From an uncultured Gammaproteobacteria bacterium (GTDB lineage Bacteria; Patescibacteriota; Microgenomatia; Daviesbacterales; UBA10151): 64,000 nt of DNA. Positions 20,211-29,993 of the stretch are shown in pieces. Position 1 is the first letter of the stretch. Each line of letters starts with the position of its first letter. Where the stretch lies: NCBI GenBank assembly GCA_964625535.1, contig CAZVEX010000001.1, positions 128,295-192,294 of the forward strand, read 5' to 3'. Made by a program: the position numbers and the translations under genes. The notes under the pieces were generated by a model. That model made no database searches and had not been told where the DNA came from. It worked only from the letters and a program-made list of their open reading frames with translations.

Positions 20211-20813
20211 ATGAGTCTTTTTAGGGATAGGATGGGCAGGGAGCTTTCAGATGGAGAAGCTATGGGGAAAGTTGGTAACAGATTATATAATTATATGGTG
20301 GATTTTGGGTTGTTTTGGCTGCATTTAGCTTGCTACATTCCATCCCATCATCTCAGGCGGTTTCTTTTAAGATTGGGAGGAGCAAAAATAGGGAAAGCAA
20401 CAAGTATACATATGGGTTGCCGGTTTTTTTCCGTAAAGAAACTTAAAATAGGGGAGGATTCAATAATCGGATATGGTGCATTTTTGGATGGCAGAGACAA
20501 AATAATTATTGGCAATCATGTGGATATTGCATCCGAGGTGATGATCTATAATTCCGAACATGATATTGCATCCGAAGATTTCAAGGCAAACTTGGCGCCT
20601 GTTGAAATAGGAGATTATGTCTTTATTGGCCCAAGAGCCATTATTCTTCCTGGCGTCAGAATTGGCAAAGGAGCAGTGATAGGGGCAGGGGCAGTAGTAA
20701 CCAAGGATGTTGAAGAGTTTGCCATAGTTGGCGGAGTGCCTGCAGAAATTATTGGAGAGAGAAAATTAAAGGATCCGAAATATAGATTAGGCAGAGCAAG
20801 ACTTTTTCAATGA
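20211..20813 (+). CDS. left-handed beta-helix (hexapeptide-repeat) acyl/acetyltransferase (WbbJ/maltose O-acetyltransferase-like)
   Basis: IGDYVFIGPRAIILPGVRIGKGAVIGAGAVVTKDV hexapeptide repeats. The true start may be the internal ATG near 20262, which is preceded by GGAGAAG. Confidence 0.7.
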   Translation: MSLFRDRMGRELSDGEAMGKVGNRLYNYMVDFGLFWLHLACYIPSHHLRRFLLRLGGAKIGKATSIHMGCRFFSVKKLKIGEDSIIGYGAFLDGRDKIIIGNHVDIASEVMIYNSEHDIASEDFKANLAPVEIGDYVFIGPRAIILPGVRIGKGAVIGAGAVVTKDVEEFAIVGGVPAEIIGERKLKDPKYRLGRARLFQ

Positions 20814-21352
20814 AAAAAATCTTTTTAATTTTTTCTTTTTTACTTTTAATTTATATGATGTGGCCCGGTCCAAGCAGCATAAATCAATTTAATGCTTTGC
20901 CGGATTCTGAAAAATCAACCCTGGAAGGAGATACCATTCAAGTTCCCGAAGTAGCCGCTTATTTTTCCAATAATTTCAGAAATTTCGCAGTCCCTTTTTA
21001 TTCTGATGATTATCAAAATTTAGTCAAACTCCCCTTTCCCCCTTTAAAACTAAATCATCCTCCCGAATATTCCTGGACAGCTATAAAAAGACATACGGAT
21101 TCAACATATCTTGAGGAATTGATCTATCCTCTAAGAAACAGTTTATATGTAAACGGTTTTGAACCTTTTTATCCCGAAGGGGAGGCAAAATTTTGGGGAG
21201 CAACAAAATTTGAAGTTGGAGAAAACGCTTGGTTTACCAAAACTACCTTGCGTTTTTACCCATCCCCGGTATGGGTAAGAGTAGTAACTTGGTTTGGTAT
21301 TATTTTGTCAACAGCTTTACTGTATCGGATGGGAAGGATCATTCTCAAATGA
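20810..21352 (+). CDS. hypothetical bitopic membrane protein (N- and C-terminal TM helices)
   Basis: 180 aa with hydrophobic N-terminus and C-terminus. Confidence 0.4.
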   Translation: MKKIFLIFSFLLLIYMMWPGPSSINQFNALPDSEKSTLEGDTIQVPEVAAYFSNNFRNFAVPFYSDDYQNLVKLPFPPLKLNHPPEYSWTAIKRHTDSTYLEELIYPLRNSLYVNGFEPFYPEGEAKFWGATKFEVGENAWFTKTTLRFYPSPVWVRVVTWFGIILSTALLYRMGRIILK

Positions 21353-22758
21353 TAGTTAGATTGGAAAAATTCTTGTTTTGGTTGATTATTTTTCTTTTCG
21401 CTTTTATTCCTTTGTACCCAAAATTTCCTTTGGTTAATGTGGTGGGAACTTTTGTGGCAGTCCGGTTAGAAGATATCTTTGTAGCCGTGGCTTTTATAAT
21501 CTGGGGTATTTACTTGTTTCTTTCTAAAAAAATAACAGATTTTTTTAGAGACAAATTAAATCTGGCTATTTTGCTTTTTTTTCTGGTGGGGCTAATTTCT
21601 TGGTTTTCAGCTAATTTTCTCACTCACACTACAATACCTGCCTTAAGTTTTCTGCACTGGGTAAGGAGAGTGGAATTTATGATGCTTTTACCCCTGGTGG
21701 CAACAGTTATCAAAACCAAGCAACAGCTCTTTATCAGTTTATTGACCCTTTCGGCAGTGGTGGTATTAGTCAACATTTACGCTTTGGGACAGCAATATTT
21801 AAATTGGCCGGTTATCTCTACCACCAACTCCGAGTTTTCCAAGGGCTTAATTTTATCTCTTTCTCCTGGGGCCAGAGTCAACTCCACCTTTGCCGGTCAT
21901 TATGATTTGGCTGTGTTTTTGGCTATGGTATTGGTTTTAATTTCCGCTTTGTTTTTCGCTCTAAATAAGAAATTAAAAATTTTTGCTTTGGGCCTTGAGC
22001 TTTTATCTTTCTGGGTTTTGATTATGACTGCGGCCAGATTATCTTTTGTGGCAGCTATTGCCGGAGTGCTCGGTGGTTTGGTGCTTTTAAAAAAATTCAA
22101 GTTTATTTTGCTGGTGGTTTTAATTATGTTGGGAGTTTTAACATATCCTTCGCAGCTTCGCGACAGATTAATTTCCACAGTCACTGTTAATATTTTTGGG
22201 CAGGGGGAAAGGTATAAAGGACAGTCGGAGGATCAGAGATTGCGAAGTAAACTAAATATCCCCACATTGGCTATAAAGACATCGTCCGAGTCGGCAGAAA
22301 CTTCCACTTTTGCTACTGGCTCCGGTGATACTGCCAGCGACATCACCCCCGGGGAGCCCACTGATACCACTCAACTGGGGGTGTATAGATCTTTTTCCAT
22401 CAGATTAAATCTTGAATGGCCCGCCGCCTGGCGCGCTTTTTTGAAAAATCCCCTTTTGGGAACCGGCTATTCATCACTTGGAATAGCTACTGATAATGAT
22501 TTCTTAAGATCTTTGGGCGAGGTGGGGGCCCTGGGGACAGCAGCTTTCGTCTTAATTTTTATTGAAATAATAAAAAGGATAGTTAAACTTCTAAAAGAAG
22601 ATAATCAATTCATCAAATATTTTTCCGCCGGTATATTATCTTTAATTTTGGCATTTGTCATCAACGCCTTATTTATTGATGTTTTTGAGGCCTCCAAAGT
22701 GGCATCTTTATTTTGGATGATCATTGGAGCAAATCTGGCGGTGAGGAATTTTAAATGA
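21349..22758 (+). CDS. O-antigen ligase/polymerase-like (Wzy_C family) polytopic membrane protein
   Basis: Start reassigned to the internal ATG (MIVRLEKF...) that overlaps the upstream stop by 4 nt. About 10 TM helices, and a periplasmic loop with a Ser/Thr-rich segment. Confidence 0.5.
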   Translation: MIVRLEKFLFWLIIFLFAFIPLYPKFPLVNVVGTFVAVRLEDIFVAVAFIIWGIYLFLSKKITDFFRDKLNLAILLFFLVGLISWFSANFLTHTTIPALSFLHWVRRVEFMMLLPLVATVIKTKQQLFISLLTLSAVVVLVNIYALGQQYLNWPVISTTNSEFSKGLILSLSPGARVNSTFAGHYDLAVFLAMVLVLISALFFALNKKLKIFALGLELLSFWVLIMTAARLSFVAAIAGVLGGLVLLKKFKFILLVVLIMLGVLTYPSQLRDRLISTVTVNIFGQGERYKGQSEDQRLRSKLNIPTLAIKTSSESAETSTFATGSGDTASDITPGEPTDTTQLGVYRSFSIRLNLEWPAAWRAFLKNPLLGTGYSSLGIATDNDFLRSLGEVGALGTAAFVLIFIEIIKRIVKLLKEDNQFIKYFSAGILSLILAFVINALFIDVFEASKVASLFWMIIGANLAVRNFK

Positions 22759-24227
22759 CTGCTTTAAAAACTTTGAAAAGTCAATATTTCTGGCTGTGCT
22801 TAATTATTTTAATAGGTTTTTGGGTGAGGCTTTATAAAATTGACTCACCAATTGCCGATTGGCATTCCTGGCGCCAAGCAGATACGGCCTCGGTCACCAG
22901 AAATTTTATTAAGGAGGGTTTTAATCCTTTTTTACCAAAATACGATGATATGTCGGCCATGTCGGAAACCCCTTTAACTAACCATTTAAGATTAAGATTT
23001 GTGGAGTTCCCTATATACAATATGTTTGTTTACCCACTATATCTTTTGTTTGGGGTGAGTGATATATACCATCGGTTGGTATCAGTACTTTTTTCGCTGG
23101 GCAGTATTGCTTTTGTTTTTCTGATTGCAAAAAGATATCTTGGCGCAGCCACAGGTCTTTTATCCGCCTTGATTTTTGCTGTTTTGCCTTTTAATGTTTT
23201 CTTTTCTAGAACCACTCTGCCGGAACCGACATTTTTATTTTTTGCCTTGGGTATGATTTATTTCATAGATCGTGTGATTTATGAAAATACCCGACGCGTA
23301 TATTTTGTGGCAATGCTTTTTACTGTCTTGGCATTTTTGATAAAACCATGGGCTGTCTTTTTTATCCCGCCTTTAATTTATTCAATTATTAAAAAAGAAA
23401 AAAAAGTAAAAGCTATTTTTAAATACCTCTTGTTTTTTATTTTAGCCATATCCCCGTTTTTGCTCTGGCGGCTTTGGATTTTGCAATTTCCGGAGGGAAT
23501 TCCGGCATCGAACTGGCTTTTTAATGGAGACGGTATTCGATTTCGTCCGGCCTTTTTCTGGTGGATCGTGCAGCAAAGGCTGGGCGGGGAGATGCTGGGA
23601 GTTTCCGGACTGGTTCTTTTTCTCTTGGGATTTCTTGTTAAACTAAAAAACAATAATTATTTTTTACATATTTGGGCTTTTTCTTTGATTGCTTATTTAG
23701 TAATTGTAGCAACCGGGAATGTTAGACATAATTATTATCAACTTATTTTAACTCCTCTCCTTGCAATTTTTTTAGCAAGGGGTTTTGTTTATCTTTTTAA
23801 GGGGAACGAGGATTATGTCCCCAGGATTTGGACAATTCTGCTGGCACTTTTTCTCTTGCCTTTATCTTTTTATTTTGGATGGAAGTATGTAAAAGAGTTT
23901 TATAAAATAAATAATCCTCCCATTATCGAAGCCGGAAAGAAGGCTGATCAGATTTTGCCGAAAGAAGCAATAGTGGTTGCCCCGTATAATGGAGACAGCG
24001 CTTTTTTATATCAAATAAACCGCCCGGGATGGGCAGCAACGGCTTTGCCGCTTAAAGAGATGGTTGCGGATTTTGGAGTAACCAACTTTATTTCAGTATC
24101 CAAAGACGATAAAACCAATTGGGTCAAGAGACATTTTTATGTTGTTTGGGAAGAGGAGCATTTCTTGATAGCGGATCTGACAAGACTTAAAGAAAAATTT
24201 GACGATACAGTAGACCCAGAACCGTGA
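22755..24227 (+). CDS. polytopic GT-C glycosyltransferase (ArnT/PMT_2-like)
   Basis: 490 aa. A HSWRQADTA motif lies in the first loop, followed by a multi-TM region and a C-terminal soluble domain. Confidence 0.6.
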   Translation: MTALKTLKSQYFWLCLIILIGFWVRLYKIDSPIADWHSWRQADTASVTRNFIKEGFNPFLPKYDDMSAMSETPLTNHLRLRFVEFPIYNMFVYPLYLLFGVSDIYHRLVSVLFSLGSIAFVFLIAKRYLGAATGLLSALIFAVLPFNVFFSRTTLPEPTFLFFALGMIYFIDRVIYENTRRVYFVAMLFTVLAFLIKPWAVFFIPPLIYSIIKKEKKVKAIFKYLLFFILAISPFLLWRLWILQFPEGIPASNWLFNGDGIRFRPAFFWWIVQQRLGGEMLGVSGLVLFLLGFLVKLKNNNYFLHIWAFSLIAYLVIVATGNVRHNYYQLILTPLLAIFLARGFVYLFKGNEDYVPRIWTILLALFLLPLSFYFGWKYVKEFYKINNPPIIEAGKKADQILPKEAIVVAPYNGDSAFLYQINRPGWAATALPLKEMVADFGVTNFISVSKDDKTNWVKRHFYVVWEEEHFLIADLTRLKEKFDDTVDPEP

Positions 24228-25411
24228 AAATTTTAATGCTGACACCATATTTGCCTTTCCCGCTTTTAACCGGCGGTCAAACCAGATCATATAACTTGAT
24301 TAAAAGATTATCCAGCTTAGGCCATGAGATTACTCTTTTTTCTTTAGTAAAAAGTGACAGTGAAAGACAATATGTAGGGGAGCTGGAAAAATTCTGCAAA
24401 GAAGTTCAGGTATTTGGCAGGTCGGAGCGACCTTGGACACTCAAGAATATATTAAAAACGGGTTTTAGTTTTTATCCCTTTCTGGTTGTGAGAAATTGGG
24501 CCAAAGAAGAAAAGAGTGCCATTGAGCAAAAAATTAACCAGGAGAAATTTGATTTAATCCATGCCGAAACTTTTTATGTTATGCCGCATATCCCAAAAAC
24601 TAAAATACCGATTCTATTAGTTGAGCAAACTATCGAGTATCTGGTTTACAGGCATTTTGCTAAGGAATCGCGTTTTACCATCTTAAAACCGCTATTTTAT
24701 TTTGACGTTGCCAAGATGAAATACTGGGAGTTGAAATATTGGCAGCAGGCGGCGGGGGTGGTGGCCATGTCTGATGAAGACCGAAAAATTATGTTGTCCG
24801 AGGTGCCGGGACTTGATGTTGACATTGTGCCAAATGGAGTTGACAGCGGATATTTTAGCGCGCCGGTTGCAGAACGCGCTAAAAAGAAAATTATTTTATA
24901 TCTGGGAAATTTTACCTGGCTTCAAAACAGGGAAGCGGTTGATGTTTTGGTGAGAAGAGTTTGGCCGATAATAAAAAAATCGCTCAAAGAGGCAAAACTT
25001 TGGATTATTGGAAAAAGTGCCAAAAGTTTTTTTACCCGTCTCTCCTCAAAGGATGTAAAAGTGATGGAAGTGAAAGATGTAAGAGAGGTTTATCAAAAAG
25101 CCTCTTTGTTGGTAGCGCCAATTTATGGAGAAGGCGGAACGCGTTATAAAAATTTGGAAAGTTTTGCCTCGGGACTGCCGGTTGTAACCACCTCTATTGG
25201 CATAAGAGGGATTGAGGCAAGAAACAATGAACAGGTGATTATCCGGGATAATCCGGACGATATTGCCAAAGCAGCGGTGGAGCTATTAAATAATTCGGAT
25301 TTTTATAAAAAGGTGGTCGTAAACGCCCGGGCGATGGTGGCGGCAAAATACGACTGGGATCCAATTGCCAAGAAATTAAGCGAAATTTATGAAGAATTGG
25401 GAAAAAAATGA
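24224..25411 (+). CDS. GT4 family glycosyltransferase
   Basis: N-terminus MKILMLTPYLPFPLLTGGQTR is typical of GT4, and the C-terminal half is GT-B-like. Confidence 0.65.
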   Translation: MKILMLTPYLPFPLLTGGQTRSYNLIKRLSSLGHEITLFSLVKSDSERQYVGELEKFCKEVQVFGRSERPWTLKNILKTGFSFYPFLVVRNWAKEEKSAIEQKINQEKFDLIHAETFYVMPHIPKTKIPILLVEQTIEYLVYRHFAKESRFTILKPLFYFDVAKMKYWELKYWQQAAGVVAMSDEDRKIMLSEVPGLDVDIVPNGVDSGYFSAPVAERAKKKIILYLGNFTWLQNREAVDVLVRRVWPIIKKSLKEAKLWIIGKSAKSFFTRLSSKDVKVMEVKDVREVYQKASLLVAPIYGEGGTRYKNLESFASGLPVVTTSIGIRGIEARNNEQVIIRDNPDDIAKAAVELLNNSDFYKKVVVNARAMVAAKYDWDPIAKKLSEIYEELGKK

Positions 25412-26496
25412 AAATTGTCATTGATGCCAGAATGTATCAGGAGGCAGGAGTAGGAAGGTATATTAGCAATTTAATTAATGAATTGCAAAAACTGGATCAA
25501 CAAAGTGAATATTTTATTTTACTTTTAAAAAAAGATTTTGAAAAATTAGAATTTCAAAATAATTTTAAAAAAGTTTTGGCTGATTTTAGATGGTATGGGG
25601 TTTCGGAACAAATTAGGCTACCCAAATTACTTGAAGATCTTAAGCCCGATTTAGTTCATTTTCCTCATTTTAATGTGCCAATTTTTTATAAGCGAAAATT
25701 TGTGGTAACTATACATGATTTAATTCACCAGCATTTTAGTATGCAAAGAGTTACTACACATGGACCATTAATCTATAAAATTAAACAATTCGGATATAGA
25801 AAGATTTTTAATAATGCTATTAAAAATGCAGAAAAAATTTTAGTACCATCAAATTTTGTTAAAAAACAATTAATTAATGAGGGAGTAAATAAAGATAAAA
25901 TAATAGTAACTTATGAAGCAGTTGACGACAAAATACTTTCGATCGGAAATAATTTGTCATTGTCAAAAGAAAATTATATTTTTTATGTCGGTAATGCCCA
26001 TCCCCATAAGAATGTGGAGGGTTTAATAAAGGCATTTTTAAATTTAAAATTTAAAATTAAAAATTTAAAATTAGTATTGGCAGGGCATGACCATTATTTT
26101 TGGCAAAGAATTAAAAAAGAATTTCAGAATAAAGACATTATTTATAAAGGTTATGTTACGGATGAAGAATTAGTAACTCTATACAAAAATGCTAGATGTT
26201 TTGTGATGCCCAGTTTTGAGGAAGGATTTGGAATCCCACTTTTGGAAGCCATGGTGCTGTCTTGTCCGGTGGTTTCTTCAAATGCCGGAAGTCTACCGGA
26301 AGTTGGAGGAGATGCGGCTATCTATTTTGATCCGACAGATATGACTGATATGACAAATAAGATAGAAAAAATGGTTAAATCGGAAAGTTTACGAAAAGAG
26401 ATGATAAAAAAAGGCTTAAAAAGATATAAAATGTTTTCCTGGAAAAAATTAGCCAAACAAACTTTGGAGGTATATGAAAATAGCATTAGTTCATGA
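25408..26496 (+). CDS. GT4 family glycosyltransferase
   Basis: EGFGIPLLEAMVLSCPVVSSN. Confidence 0.7.
   Translation: MKIVIDARMYQEAGVGRYISNLINELQKLDQQSEYFILLLKKDFEKLEFQNNFKKVLADFRWYGVSEQIRLPKLLEDLKPDLVHFPHFNVPIFYKRKFVVTIHDLIHQHFSMQRVTTHGPLIYKIKQFGYRKIFNNAIKNAEKILVPSNFVKKQLINEGVNKDKIIVTYEAVDDKILSIGNNLSLSKENYIFYVGNAHPHKNVEGLIKAFLNLKFKIKNLKLVLAGHDHYFWQRIKKEFQNKDIIYKGYVTDEELVTLYKNARCFVMPSFEEGFGIPLLEAMVLSCPVVSSNAGSLPEVGGDAAIYFDPTDMTDMTNKIEKMVKSESLRKEMIKKGLKRYKMFSWKKLAKQTLEVYENSISS
26041..26075 (+). repeat. degenerate tandem heptanucleotide array (AATTTAA x2, AATTAAA, AATTTAA, AATTAGT) in-frame in the GT4 gene
   Basis: Direct reading; encodes LNLKFKIKNLKL. The unit differs by one base from AATTCAA at 8774. 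Confidence 0.55.
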
Positions 26497-27481
26497 TGAT
26501 CTTGTTCAATGGGGGGGAGCGGAAAGAGTGCTGGAGGGGATTTGTGAGATCTATCCTGACGCGCCAATTTATACTTCTGTTTATGATGAAAGTAACCAAG
26601 AGCTAAAAAAAAGATTTGGCAAGAAAAAAATTATCACATCTTTCCTGCAAAAAATTCCTATATGGAGGTATATATATAAAATTTTACTCCCCTTTTATCC
26701 AATTGCTTTTGAGCAATTTGACTTTACAGGATATGATTTAGTAATTTCCCATACCACAAGATTCGCTAAGTCTATAATTACTAAACCAGAAACTGTGCAT
26801 ATTTGTTATTGTCACACTCCACTTAGATTTTTATGGCGCTTTTCAGGGTACTCTAATTTCGGCTTGGGTGAAATTCTAATGACAAAGCTTCGCCTTTTGG
26901 ATCAGGTTTCTGCAAGACGAGTTGATTTCTTTTTAGCCGGCTCGGAAAATGCCAGAAGAAGAATTAAAAAAGTTTACGGAGTAGATTCTAAAGTGGTTTA
27001 TCCGTTTATAGATCCGGAAAGATTTAAAGGTGTAGAAACTTTTGATGGGGGATATTTTGTAGTGATAGGCAGGCCAAACAAGTATAAAAGATTTGATCTG
27101 GCAAAAGAAGCTTGTAAAAAAATAAATATTGAATTAAAAGTAATCGGCGGTGGATTGTCTGATGAAATGGTAGTAAGAATTCTAGCAGGATGTCGAGGTC
27201 TGATTATTCCCGGTGAAGAAGATTTTGGGTTAATTTCTTTGGAAGCCCAAGCCTTGGGTAAACCGGTAGTGGCCTTTCAAAAAGGCGGCGTTTTGGAAAC
27301 AGTAATAGAAGGTAAAACCGGTATTTTTTTTGAGGAGCAATCTGTGGAAAGTTTAAAAAACGCCCTGGTAAAATTTCAATCCGTTAAAATAAATTCAGAC
27401 GACTGCAGGCAAAATGCAAAAAAGTTTGATAAAAATCATTTTCAGGGTAGTTTTAAGCAAGCCATTGCCAATATATTGTAA
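26474..27481 (+). CDS. GT4 family glycosyltransferase
   Basis: MKIALVHDDLVQWGGAERV N-terminus and a C-terminal FGLISLEAQALGKPVVAF region. Confidence 0.6.
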   Translation: MKIALVHDDLVQWGGAERVLEGICEIYPDAPIYTSVYDESNQELKKRFGKKKIITSFLQKIPIWRYIYKILLPFYPIAFEQFDFTGYDLVISHTTRFAKSIITKPETVHICYCHTPLRFLWRFSGYSNFGLGEILMTKLRLLDQVSARRVDFFLAGSENARRRIKKVYGVDSKVVYPFIDPERFKGVETFDGGYFVVIGRPNKYKRFDLAKEACKKINIELKVIGGGLSDEMVVRILAGCRGLIIPGEEDFGLISLEAQALGKPVVAFQKGGVLETVIEGKTGIFFEEQSVESLKNALVKFQSVKINSDDCRQNAKKFDKNHFQGSFKQAIANIL

Positions 27482-27496
27482 ACTAATAGGAAACCC

Positions 27497-28132
27497 ATGA
27501 TTTATGATTTTTCCAAGCGGTTGTTAGATATGCTGGGTTCCATATTGGGTCTTCTTATTTTATCCCCGCTTTTTTTACTCATCGCCATAGCTATAAAAAT
27601 TGACTCCTCAGGTCCCGTATTTGCCGATATCCCTCAAAGAGTAGGACGCAAGGGGAAACTTTTTAGAATGTATAAATTTAGATCAATGGTGGTGGGTGCT
27701 CAAGAGATATTAAACAATAACCCCGATCTTTTAAAAAAATATAAACTGCACAGCTATAAATTGCCGATTGATGAAGACCCAAGGATTACCGGCATGGGCA
27801 AATTTATCAGAAAAACCTCAATTGATGAGCTGCCGCAACTGATCAATATTTTAAAGGGTGAGATGAGCTTAGTTGGTCCGCGGGCGTATTATCCCTTTGA
27901 GCTGGAAGAACAGCAAATTAAGCATCCTCATTCCAGAAAATATGTTAAGATAATTTTGTCAGGTAAGCCGGGTTTGACCGGACTGTGGCAGGTATCGGGC
28001 AGATCGGAAATTAATTTTGACCAGAGAGTCAAAATGGACGCCAGCTATATCCAGCGGCGGTCTATACTTTACGATTTTTTGATTCTTTTAAGAACCATTC
28101 CGGCTGTAGCATCCGGCAGAGGAGCAGTGTGA
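27497..28132 (+). CDS. polyprenyl-phosphate phosphoglycosyltransferase, small PglC/WbaP C-terminal-domain type (bacterial sugar transferase)
   Basis: One N-terminal TM helix, plus PRAYYPFELEE and KPGLTGLWQVSGRS motifs characteristic of the Bac_transf family. Confidence 0.75.
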   Translation: MIYDFSKRLLDMLGSILGLLILSPLFLLIAIAIKIDSSGPVFADIPQRVGRKGKLFRMYKFRSMVVGAQEILNNNPDLLKKYKLHSYKLPIDEDPRITGMGKFIRKTSIDELPQLINILKGEMSLVGPRAYYPFELEEQQIKHPHSRKYVKIILSGKPGLTGLWQVSGRSEINFDQRVKMDASYIQRRSILYDFLILLRTIPAVASGRGAV

Positions 28133-29985
28133 TGATGTTTATTAACCTAAATAAAAAACCTTCAAAAAATAAGGCCAGGAGAAGAGCGTGGGTTTTGTTT
28201 TTAACACTGATCGTGGCATTGATTTTACCTTCCATATTTACTTATTTGGGACTGCGGACTACCCTTTCTCACGGTAAAGCGCTGGTAGCGGCTTATAAAG
28301 TGGCGAATTTTGACCTATTGAAGCAGGAGCTAAGTTCGACAAAAAGCGGTTTAGAGCAGGTTGATCTTTCCTTAAACCTTCTATTCTGGTTAAGAGTGGT
28401 TCCGCTACTTGGGGGGTATTACGGCGATGCCAAGGGATTCTCAAGCGCGGGCGTGGAAGAGCTTAAGGCCTTGGAGAAGATTTTGATTAGCTTAGAACCC
28501 GCCAAGTTTGAATTAGGATTTGACGGTAATCAAAAAGCCGGACCGGAAAGAGTCACTCAAGCAATCAGAATTTTACAAAAATCTCTTCCCTATCTGGATA
28601 ACACAGAAGGGCATTTTAAAAAGGCTGGAGAACTGGTGGAAAATATTGATACCGGCAAATATTCCGCCAGTATCAAAGGAGTTAAGGTCCAAAAAATGTT
28701 AAGTCTAGCCAAAAATTTTATGATTGGGGCGGCAGTAGCCGTGAGTGAGGGAAGGCAAGCACTCTCTTTAGCGCCTGTTGCTTTGGGAGACCCTTCCCCT
28801 AAAGAGTATTTATTGCTTTTTCAAAACGACAAAGAGATCCGGCCGACCGGCGGATTTATGACGGCCTTTGCTACTTTAAAAATTAACAAGGGGCAAGTTG
28901 AAACTACCACCTCAGATGATATTTACAGACTTGATGAAAGACTTCTAGCCACATGTGAGTCAAAAATTTGTCCGCTGACTCCCCCTCTCCCAATTGTGAA
29001 ATACTTACCTGAAGTTTCCGGCAAACCAAGATCTGCTTGGAGTATGCGAGATTCCAATATTTCACCGGATGTACCTACCTCTGCTTTGGAGTTTGAAAGA
29101 ATATTTAAGCTTCTCGGTTCGGGTCTGCCGTTTGATGGAATCATCTATATAGACTCACAAGTAGTGGAAGAACTGATTGAAGTGACCGGTCCGATTGATG
29201 TTTTGGGAACAACATATTCATCGGAAGTTGATAAAAGATGTAATTGCCCCAATGTCATCTATGAACTCGAATCTTATGCGGAAATTGCCGCCAAAGGAGA
29301 ACAAGACCGCAAAGCCATCCTGGGAGTTTTAATGCAACAGATTTTGGCAAGGTCAGTAGGAGCAGATGTGGAAAAGTTGCCTCAACTGATCGAAACCATC
29401 GCCAGGTTGGCAAATCACAAACACATTATGTTTTTTATGCATGACCCCAAAACTCAACAGGCCCTCTCTATTTTGAACTGGACGGGAGAGATTAAAGATT
29501 TTGAGGGAGATTATTTGCATATCAATGATAGTAATTTTGCTGGGGGAAAATCTAATCTTTATGTTGAACAAAAAGTGATCCAGGATATTTCTATCAAAGA
29601 TGGCAAAGTAACTAAAAAAATTACTATTGAATATAAAAATCCCCAACCTTTTAATACCTGGTTAAACGGAATTAACAGAGATTACGTACGTTTTTACGTG
29701 CCGAAGGGGAGTAAGCTAATATCCGGTAAAGGAACGGATGAGGCTTTCAATACCATTGAGGATTTAGGTAAAACGGTTTTTGAAACTTTTTTAACTGTCA
29801 GGCCACAAAATTCCCGGAAAGTGGAACTGGAATATGAAATTCCTTACAGCCCCAAAGACCAGTATGAACTCATGGTTCAGAAACAGCCCGGAGCTAAGGA
29901 TTTTGAATATGAGATTAAAATTAATGGTTCTAAAAAAGCAGATTTTAAACTGGATCAGGATAAAGAATTCAAATTTGACATATAA
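28129..29985 (+). CDS. DUF4012-like membrane-anchored extracytoplasmic protein
   Basis: 618 aa with an N-terminal TM helix and an LLLFQNDKEIRPTGGFMTAF segment. This resembles, from memory, the conserved core of DUF4012 proteins that neighbour sugar transferases. Confidence 0.4.
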   Translation: MMMFINLNKKPSKNKARRRAWVLFLTLIVALILPSIFTYLGLRTTLSHGKALVAAYKVANFDLLKQELSSTKSGLEQVDLSLNLLFWLRVVPLLGGYYGDAKGFSSAGVEELKALEKILISLEPAKFELGFDGNQKAGPERVTQAIRILQKSLPYLDNTEGHFKKAGELVENIDTGKYSASIKGVKVQKMLSLAKNFMIGAAVAVSEGRQALSLAPVALGDPSPKEYLLLFQNDKEIRPTGGFMTAFATLKINKGQVETTTSDDIYRLDERLLATCESKICPLTPPLPIVKYLPEVSGKPRSAWSMRDSNISPDVPTSALEFERIFKLLGSGLPFDGIIYIDSQVVEELIEVTGPIDVLGTTYSSEVDKRCNCPNVIYELESYAEIAAKGEQDRKAILGVLMQQILARSVGADVEKLPQLIETIARLANHKHIMFFMHDPKTQQALSILNWTGEIKDFEGDYLHINDSNFAGGKSNLYVEQKVIQDISIKDGKVTKKITIEYKNPQPFNTWLNGINRDYVRFYVPKGSKLISGKGTDEAFNTIEDLGKTVFETFLTVRPQNSRKVELEYEIPYSPKDQYELMVQKQPGAKDFEYEIKINGSKKADFKLDQDKEFKFDI

Positions 29986-29993
29986 TAATCTTC

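Noticed and set aside
20810-22758. Possibility that 20810..21352 and the Wzy-like ORF are one gene interrupted by a frameshift.
   Set aside because: The 180-aa ORF ends in its own TM helix with a stop that overlaps an ATG by 4 nt, the usual coupled-gene junction in this window. The ORF-track start at 21229 is better explained by start reassignment to 21349.
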